DNA of 64,000 nt from Naegleria gruberi (taxonomy: Eukaryota). Below, one piece after another: positions 57,765 to 64,000 of the stretch. Within the stretch, counting starts at the first letter, position 1. Every line of letters starts with the position of its first letter. The DNA lies in the NCBI GenBank assembly GCA_000004985.1, contig GG738854.1; one strand, written 5' to 3'. Below the pieces are notes generated by a model. That model was not told the origin of the DNA and searched no databases. It worked only from the letters and a program-made list of their open reading frames with translations. A program made the position numbers and the translations under genes.

Positions 57765-58160
57765 TTATTGGAAAGATGGATTGGTGGCAAAATAATGTTT
57801 GAGAATTGTCTCTTGTTTGGATTTAATTTGATAGGAAACGAAAAAACATCTTGGATGTGAAGGAAGAGTTTCGTCTTTACAAGGTTTAGTTTCTTTTGGT
57901 TTCTCCTCTCTTCTTTTCTTAATTTTCTTAATTTTATGAACGTGTTTAGGATGTTTCCTATGATGATGATGCTTTTTATGAGTAGATTTATGGTACTGAT
58001 GAATTATTTCTTCTTGGCCATTCGAATGATTGCATTCGAAACTTTCCAAAGATGGATGTTTCGTTTTCCTCGAGTGTTTCCTTCTCTCTGAGCAATACAC
58101 TGTTTGTGCAAACTGTATAATCAACACTATTGCTATCAACAATACAATAAATCGTTTCAT
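57765..58160 (-). CDS. Secreted His/Lys-rich small protein (signal peptide MKRFIVLLIAIVLIIQFAQTVYC)
   Basis: The ORF has a strong N-terminal signal-peptide-like segment and HKKHHHHRKHPKHVHKIKKIKKRREEKPK. The start is placed at the ATG at 58160; the ORF tool extends to 58214. Confidence 0.4.
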   Translation of the reverse strand: MKRFIVLLIAIVLIIQFAQTVYCSERRKHSRKTKHPSLESFECNHSNGQEEIIHQYHKSTHKKHHHHRKHPKHVHKIKKIKKRREEKPKETKPCKDETLPSHPRCFFVSYQIKSKQETILKHYFATNPSFQ

Positions 58161-58366
58161 TTTCTTTTTGAAATTACAAAACATTAATTTTTCATCTTTC
58201 ATTCCACTTTTCAAACATTTCCATTTTTAGCTTTTTCTCAATACTACTCCAACATGTTCTCATAGTATTTTTTTATCAAGATTAGTTTAGTTTCCCATAA
58301 AATCTTCACTTCTTTCAACATCAAATTCCCAACAATTTTTTCACTTTCTAAAATCTCTAATTTTAT

Positions 58367-58726
58367 TTAAATAACACCCTTATACTTCATATCAGAAGCA
58401 CAAATGTGAGTAATCAACCATTGCTTAATAAATTGCATCTCAGCATCTCCAACACTAGTCAAGGCCAAAGCATCCTGAACAAATTTATCATGAGTTTCCT
58501 TATGAGAGGCAGATTCAGACCAACCAGCCTTAGCAAACAAATCTTCTTCAGTCTTGAAGTGGAAAACAACGTAATCTAATAATTCCTTCAATGTTGTGCC
58601 GCAACTTCTCTTGGCATCTAAAGCGTTGATTAAAGTGAAGAGTTTCTTGTGTTGTTCGTTTAATTCAGCATTGCCAATATCGAGAGTGGTTGACCATTCG
58701 TATGGGGTTGGGATTGGATAAGACAT
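58367..58726 (-). CDS. Single-domain hemerythrin (bacteriohemerythrin-like), 119 aa, intronless
   Basis: All seven di-iron ligand positions are present in canonical spacing: H25 (EQHKKLF), H54/E58 (HFKTEEDLF), H73/H77 (HKETHDKF), and H106/D111 (ITHICASD). W11 and the helix-breaking pattern are also conserved. Confidence 0.65.
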   Translation of the reverse strand: MSYPIPTPYEWSTTLDIGNAELNEQHKKLFTLINALDAKRSCGTTLKELLDYVVFHFKTEEDLFAKAGWSESASHKETHDKFVQDALALTSVGDAEMQFIKQWLITHICASDMKYKGVI

Positions 58727-59128
58727 TTTTGTTGTTAGTTGTATTGATTGTTTTTTTTGTTTGGTTGATTGGCAGGTGACAGTTGTTGGGGTTTTAAAGG
58801 TTTTTTGTGATCAGAAACTTTAGAAGGTGTGGTTGCAATTTGTCTTTTTTTGGAAATTTTTAGGTTTTTGTCGGATTGTAATGATGTAATTTTACAGAGT
58901 TGACTTGTCGTTGTAGGGAATGTGGCGTGTTAAATGTGACATTATTCGAAACAACGCCAGTTTTTCAAATATGGCGTTCAAAAATTATTTCTCCAAATGT
59001 ACATCCAATCAAAACTCAACAATTACAATTATTCGAATGAAAAATTGTAGTCAAAGATTATAATACAACATTTTAAAGTTTGTTTTTTCCACATGTTGTT
59101 ACAACTGTTTATTCTTCCACAACTAAAT

Positions 59129-60178
59129 TTATTCTTTGAGTTGGAAAAGAGCCCAATCTACTCTTGGTTGAATAGTCTTTCCATCTTCCAACACATTAGA
59201 AATAATGTGTCCAGCAAACATTTCAGTCTTATACTCTGTACCATTATCTTTGACTAAAATTGGAACATTGACGTATCCTCTCGGAATATCTTGTGAATCA
59301 ATCTTTGGCCATGCACCAGGTTTACAATCTCCTTTCCATGTTCCCTCATCTGAAAATACACAGAAAGTTGTAATCCATCCACCCAAATAACGAGGACCTG
59401 ATCCACTACCTGAAAAGTGAGCTACTCTATTCCACCACTCCTTATCTGGATTTCCCTTGATTGATTCTACAAAATGATCCAAAACTGGGAATAATAAAGT
59501 AGACCATTTTTCCATATATCCTTCCTTTGTGTCAAATTCCAATAATCTGTTCGCTCTTTCTCTAATCTTGATCCAGTCCTCAACCTCTCCCAATAATGTT
59601 ACACTTGGCAAGTTACAAAACAAAAAAAACTTGTAATCAAAGTAATTCTTCATAGCAGCCATAAGAACCACTGCTCCAACCATCCTATCATTCTCAGTGG
59701 TGGTAGTAAAGTCTGGCATGACCCATTCTCTTACACTTGGATCCTTAATATTCTGTACAATTTGATTGGTCATATCCAATGAGAGGGAAACATAATCAGC
59801 CGAGAATAAATTACCAGAACCGTAGACTGTTAATTGCTTCTTTCCATCAAAGTCTACAAATTTGTCTCTCAATTCTTCTGACTTTCCATTCACATATTTC
59901 GAAAATTGAGTACAAATAGTAAGCCATACATCATCAGGTCTAATGACCAAATTATTATGATAGGAATAGGCTTGAACAACACTTTTTACAAAAGAATTTG
60001 ATCCCAACATGATCATGGATTCATCTATTTTACCAAAACTTGATATAATCGGTTGCTTTACATAAACTTCCTTTTCTTCAGTCTTTGAAAGATTTCTCTC
60101 CTTTCCAGGAAGAATTTGTTCAGGTTCAAAGGCTTGTTTTGGTTTTAAAGAGAGAGAAAATACAAACTGCAACCTCAA
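59129..60178 (-). CDS. Hypothetical conserved-looking protein, intronless; the first ATG is at 60016 and the ORF tool start at 60178 is a TTG
   Basis: 349-aa ORF with a non-biased, globular-looking composition ([19 protein letters not shown]..., [19 protein letters not shown]). I have a weak, unverified recollection that it resembles fungal or bacterial DUF4419-type proteins. Confidence 0.3.
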   Translation of the reverse strand: MRLQFVFSLSLKPKQAFEPEQILPGKERNLSKTEEKEVYVKQPIISSFGKIDESMIMLGSNSFVKSVVQAYSYHNNLVIRPDDVWLTICTQFSKYVNGKSEELRDKFVDFDGKKQLTVYGSGNLFSADYVSLSLDMTNQIVQNIKDPSVREWVMPDFTTTTENDRMVGAVVLMAAMKNYFDYKFFLFCNLPSVTLLGEVEDWIKIRERANRLLEFDTKEGYMEKWSTLLFPVLDHFVESIKGNPDKEWWNRVAHFSGSGSGPRYLGGWITTFCVFSDEGTWKGDCKPGAWPKIDSQDIPRGYVNVPILVKDNGTEYKTEMFAGHIISNVLEDGKTIQPRVDWALFQLKE

Positions 60179-60695
60179 TATATAATGAATTCACAACCAT
60201 CGCCTCAGTGACTTTGAATGTAATTGGCATTTTTTTTCTTGAAGTTATATTTTGTAAGTTTTGGAGTTTATTAATAGGAAAAAGGAGTATATATTGATGA
60301 ATGAACCCTTGATGCAAAACGTGATTTGTTCAATCAAGTATTGTATATTTACTATGTATTTCATATTATTCGAATGATTTTTCTGATTGACCATTTATTG
60401 ATTTTCGTGAAAGATTGGTAACTGTGTTGTTTATTATATATTATTAGGAAAATGACCTTTAATTCATATGCTTGGGTTGGGTTTAATTCTTCATGTTGTG
60501 AATGTTATTGTAAGCCTTCGAAGTGCTTCTAACAAATATAGCAATAAAGTTTACTAATGCTAAAATAGCTGTGGCACTAAAACACCACCATTTGCAATCC
60601 GCTAATGTCAATGCAATGAATAGAGGGAAAATAGAAAGCATTGATATCCCAACAATCTTACTATGAAATGAAGATTTCTTTTGTTTAGACTTGGC

Positions 60696-61343
60696 TTAAT
60701 TAAACTTGAAGAAACTCATTACATAATGAACTGCACCAAGTATGGTGCCACTCAAGATATTCACATATGATCCAATTTGACTTAGATTAGAATTGAAAAT
60801 GGCTCCATAATCACCAGTTGAATAATCAGTTTTCAAAAAGAAAAAGTAGATTGACATAACTATGCCTATAACTGAAATGAAAACATGAGGATAATTCTCC
60901 TTAAAGTCATCAAACTGTTCCTCATACGTATGGAAGTGGCTTCTAATTTGGTTAAACAAATGAACTGCAAAAGGTTGAGGAGCAGAACGAGTAGTACTAG
61001 TTTTTCCCTTACTAAAATAGTGAATAATATAGCACAGGATAATATCTCCAAAGTCTACAAAAAATGTCCAATTAGAAAAGTCTCCCATAAAATCAATAAG
61101 GCAATTTACAATAAAAAAACAAAGATAAAAAAAAACTGGCAAAATTGGCATCTCATGGCCAATCTCCAAATAAATATTATAGAAGAAAAAATAGAAAAAT
61201 ATAATTGCCATCAAATTACTACTGGACGTGATGTAATCATATGCACTTCTAATATCGTTGGTCTGTGGATTATAATTCATCAATAACACAACACCTGTGC
61301 AACACAGAGCAAGAACAATTCCAGAAAGCGAAGCCTTGCCCAT
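60696..61343 (-). CDS. Small multi-pass membrane protein (215 aa)
   Basis: The ORF has 5-6 hydrophobic segments. It may have further exons at 60480-60690. Confidence 0.3.
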   Translation of the reverse strand: MGKASLSGIVLALCCTGVVLLMNYNPQTNDIRSAYDYITSSSNLMAIIFFYFFFYNIYLEIGHEMPILPVFFYLCFFIVNCLIDFMGDFSNWTFFVDFGDIILCYIIHYFSKGKTSTTRSAPQPFAVHLFNQIRSHFHTYEEQFDDFKENYPHVFISVIGIVMSIYFFFLKTDYSTGDYGAIFNSNLSQIGSYVNILSGTILGAVHYVMSFFKFN

Positions 61344-61906
61344 TTTTTTTGATATCGTGTCGTAATAAACGATTTTTTTTTGATATCTTTCTCATCTATT
61401 AATAGCAGAGATTTGGAATGTCATTACCAGTATTAGAAAATATTATGCTTTTAAAAGATGAATGAAGGAGCTTTGATTATTCTTCTTAATGAAATTGGAT
61501 TTTATTCAAAATATTGTTTGTAATACTGTACTTTACAATATTGAGCCAATGGTAGGTCTAAATATGTGTTCGTAATCATAGTAATGCGACAGCCCATTGT
61601 ATTTGGAAGTATTTGCATGGAGTGATAACATTCTTAAAAAAAACGAAATGAATGTATGTTGATGCTCTGTAATTTATTACTAATATTCTCGTTGTTATTT
61701 GATGATCATCTTTTGATATATTGGTGGATGATGAATATTTGTGATTTTTAATATGTGATGATATTTTGTGTGGATGACGACGGCTAATCAATAATCATCT
61801 TTATCATCATAATGGAATAATTATCTTCTATTAATATGAATAATATTATTTACATGCTATCATCATTCTCCATTATTAACTTCTAACATGTATTATTATT
61901 GCTTTC

Positions 61907-62539
61907 ATGAAAATTATAACAAAACAGCCTAGAAATATTTGCCTCGTTCTCCTCCTTCTCATTGTTGCTCTCGTAGTAGCTCCATCATACCAATTGTCTC
62001 TCTCACCAGAACTTCGTGCCACTTGTTTGGCTGCCATTCAAAGCTATGATAAGTGTACCTTCTATACACAATGTTTGGAAAAGATCAAGCCTTGTGGTCC
62101 TAATGGTTATGCTCTTGGATATGGTTACAAGTATTGTTCTAAATTCTTCTCTGATGTTAATAGAGGAGCTTACAAGAGTGAATATGCTCAAAAGTGGGTT
62201 TCTTCAACTGGTCACTGTTTGCAAAAGTTCTTGATGCAAAATGTTGTTGAAAAGTTGTTGTCTAATACTGGATCTGAATGGAATTGTGAACGTATCATTG
62301 ATGCTAGCTTTAATTCCCATCCTGGATGTTATACTGATTCCATCTCACCTATTGATGGTCAAAAGTATAGTATTTGTAAGCTTAGAAATGTTTTTGATGT
62401 CAAGACTGTTTTGATGACTGTCGATGCTAAGGACTTGTTGACTGCTAGATCTATGAAGCAAATTGTTGGTGTCTTGAAGAATTGTATGTCTGATGTCTTG
62501 TCTTTGGATGAAGTCAATGAATTGAATGATTACCTTTAA
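61907..62539 (+). CDS. Secreted Cys-rich protein (signal peptide plus 10 Cys), function unknown
   Basis: MKIITKQPRNICLVLLLLIVALVVAPSYQ is signal-like, and the spaced cysteines suggest a disulfide-rich extracellular fold. Confidence 0.4.
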   Translation: MKIITKQPRNICLVLLLLIVALVVAPSYQLSLSPELRATCLAAIQSYDKCTFYTQCLEKIKPCGPNGYALGYGYKYCSKFFSDVNRGAYKSEYAQKWVSSTGHCLQKFLMQNVVEKLLSNTGSEWNCERIIDASFNSHPGCYTDSISPIDGQKYSICKLRNVFDVKTVLMTVDAKDLLTARSMKQIVGVLKNCMSDVLSLDEVNELNDYL

Positions 62540-62750
62540 ATTATTTTCCAATTAATTAATTATTATTAAATAAATATTAATTTATTACTACATTTAATTA
62601 AATCATATTTCCCTGATGTCTAATACTGCGTAGTCTGAGAATCATGTTAAGAAGAACGATGATGAAGAAAATTCTCTCTTCCACGTAAGTGCCAGCTAAT
62701 ACAATCCAAAAATTATCATCACAACAAATAAAAATTAATTATAAAAAAAT

Positions 62751-63716
62751 ATGAGTGCTTCTACTTCATCACATTCAACTGCTCCAATTAAAACCTTCTC
62801 ATCTGAACATCAGGATATGATCCATGATGCTCAAGCTGATTACTACGGAAAGAGATTGGCCACTTGTTCAAGTGATGCTACAATTAGAATTTTTGATTTG
62901 GCTCCAAGTAATTCTGAGGAACCAAAGTTGGTGGATACTCTCATCGGTCATGAAGGTCCAGTCTGGCAAGTTAGTTGGGCTCATCCACAATTTGGATCGA
63001 TAATTGCCAGCTGTTCCTATGATCATAGAGTTATTATTTGGAAGGAAAATCAACAAACTCACAAATTTACTAAAGTTTTTGAATATAGACTTGAGAGTAG
63101 CGTAAATTCAATCTCTTGGGCTCCTCACGAACATGGACTTCATTTGGCTAGTGCAAGCTCCGACTCACAAATTACATTCTTCTCCTACGATGAACAAAGC
63201 AATAATTGGAAGGTTTCTAATATTAGAGATGCTCACAAAACTGGATGTAACTCTGTTTGTTGGGCTCCTGCATCACACACTGGTGCTTTGGTTCAACAAT
63301 CTTCACAAGATCAACCAGAAAATTTAAAGTTTGTTAAGAGAATTGTTTCAGGTGGAAGTGATAAGCTTGTTAAAATTTGGGAATTCAATGAAAGCTCAAA
63401 CCAATGGCAAATTGAAGCTGAATTGGAAGGACATGACGATTGGGTTAGAGATGTTTCTTGGGCACCAAATATTGGTCTCCCTTATGAAACTATTGCCTCA
63501 TGCTCCCAAGATAAACGAGTTATTATTTGGACTAGAGATCAAAATTCAAACCAATGGAGCAAGCAAATTTTACCTTTCGAAAATGTTGTTTGGAGAGTTA
63601 GTTGGTCATTAACTGGTAATATTTTGGCCATTTCTACTGCTGATAATGAAGTTACTTTGTGGAAGGAAGATGTTAATGGTTCTTTCCAAAAAATTAGTTC
63701 ATTGAGTGACAAGTAA
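62751..63716 (+). CDS. SEC13: SEC13 (WD40 protein of the COPII coat, nuclear pore and SEA/GATOR complexes), intronless, 321 aa
   Basis: Six WD-like blades with characteristic SEC13 strings: DAQADYYGKRLATCSSDATIRIFD, GHEGPVWQVSWAHPQFGSIIASCSYDHRVIIWKE, SVNSISWAPHEHGLHLASASSDSQI, GCNSVCWAP, GGSDKLVKIW and GHDDWVRDVSWAPNIGLPYETIASCSQDKRVIIW. Confidence 0.8.
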   Translation: MSASTSSHSTAPIKTFSSEHQDMIHDAQADYYGKRLATCSSDATIRIFDLAPSNSEEPKLVDTLIGHEGPVWQVSWAHPQFGSIIASCSYDHRVIIWKENQQTHKFTKVFEYRLESSVNSISWAPHEHGLHLASASSDSQITFFSYDEQSNNWKVSNIRDAHKTGCNSVCWAPASHTGALVQQSSQDQPENLKFVKRIVSGGSDKLVKIWEFNESSNQWQIEAELEGHDDWVRDVSWAPNIGLPYETIASCSQDKRVIIWTRDQNSNQWSKQILPFENVVWRVSWSLTGNILAISTADNEVTLWKEDVNGSFQKISSLSDK

Positions 63717-63894
63717 ACTGCTTGTGATAATATTTTAAATAAACCTTTTGTAATCTTAATATAATTTTTTCACAATATTTAAATGTATGAATCGATTAAC
63801 AATAGGTAAATCTTCTGTCATCTCCTTACATACATTCAAGATCACAAACTTCCAAGTTCATGGGAATAATAACAGAACAACAAGAACAAAAAAA

Positions 63895-64000
63895 ATGCAA
63901 CCACAAGAAGAAACAAAACGACACACTTTTCAGAGAAGGGTAACAATAACAGATCTCGTATTGATGCAACAACAAGAAGGAAAAGGTAATAATAATAATA
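63895..64000 (+). CDS. Possible 5' exon of a gene truncated by the window end
   Basis: ATG CAA CCA CAA GAA... runs open to a GTAATA donor-like site at ~63987. Very weak. Confidence 0.15.
   Translation, partial: MQPQEETKRHTFQRRVTITDLVLMQQQEGKGNNNN

Noticed and set aside
1-64000. Prokaryotic or phage interpretation (operons, RBS, defence islands)
   Set aside because: There are multiple canonical GT-AG introns with consistent phases, an intron-containing tRNA lacking encoded CCA, eukaryote-specific genes (cullin, SEC13, Arp, TBC, RGS, homeobox), and no Shine-Dalgarno spacing.

Overview
This 64-kb window is AT-rich eukaryotic nuclear DNA, not prokaryotic. It uses the standard genetic code, genes sit on both strands, and introns are GT-AG and very small. 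Eleven introns I could place are 38-55 bp; three others are ~110-175 bp. Two coding micro-exons of 11 and 18 nt are present. I cannot run similarity searches, so the lineage stays open. Gene content and intron size fit a small-intron, AT-rich lineage with lineage-specific gene-family expansions, such as an early-diverging fungus, an amoeba, or a bdelloid-rotifer-like animal.

Housekeeping genes I can recognise are an actin-related protein, a CUL3-like cullin, SEC13, a TBC-domain Rab-GAP, a TALE homeobox factor, an RGS-domain protein, an F-box protein, an ankyrin-repeat protein, a 2OG-Fe(II) oxygenase, a serine-peptidase-like protein, and one intron-containing tRNA-Leu(AAG).

The more unusual content falls into four groups.

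- **NHL-repeat superfamily, kb 20-29 and 51-54.** A roughly 1340-aa receptor-like type I membrane protein carries about 12 NHL blades, an EGF-like module and a transmembrane helix. It lies head-to-head with a tandemly duplicated family of cytosolic proteins that have N-terminal NHL repeats and a C-terminal BTB/POZ domain. Copy A is intact but truncated by a 50-N assembly gap, copy B is frame-disrupted, and copy C lies inverted about 22 kb away. Nearly identical 171-bp coding repeats vary in number between copies.
- **RING-less TRIM-NHL-like family.** Two head-to-head paralogs combine a B-box zinc finger with an NHL-like propeller. A third member carries about 230 aa of prion-like P/Q/Y-rich sequence followed by an internally duplicated propeller domain.
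- **Receptor kinase.** It has a chlamydial Pmp-like ectodomain with repeated GGAI and FxxN motifs.
- **Cluster of intronless, prokaryote- or fungus-type genes, kb 50.6-60.2.** It holds a RidA/YjgF domain protein with an N-terminal extension, a Trk/Ktr/HKT cation transporter, a single-domain bacteriohemerythrin with all seven Fe ligands, and a hypothetical conserved protein.

Several paralogs carry frame disruptions that need raw-read verification. Coordinates for multi-exon genes are hand-derived and could be off by a few nucleotides.
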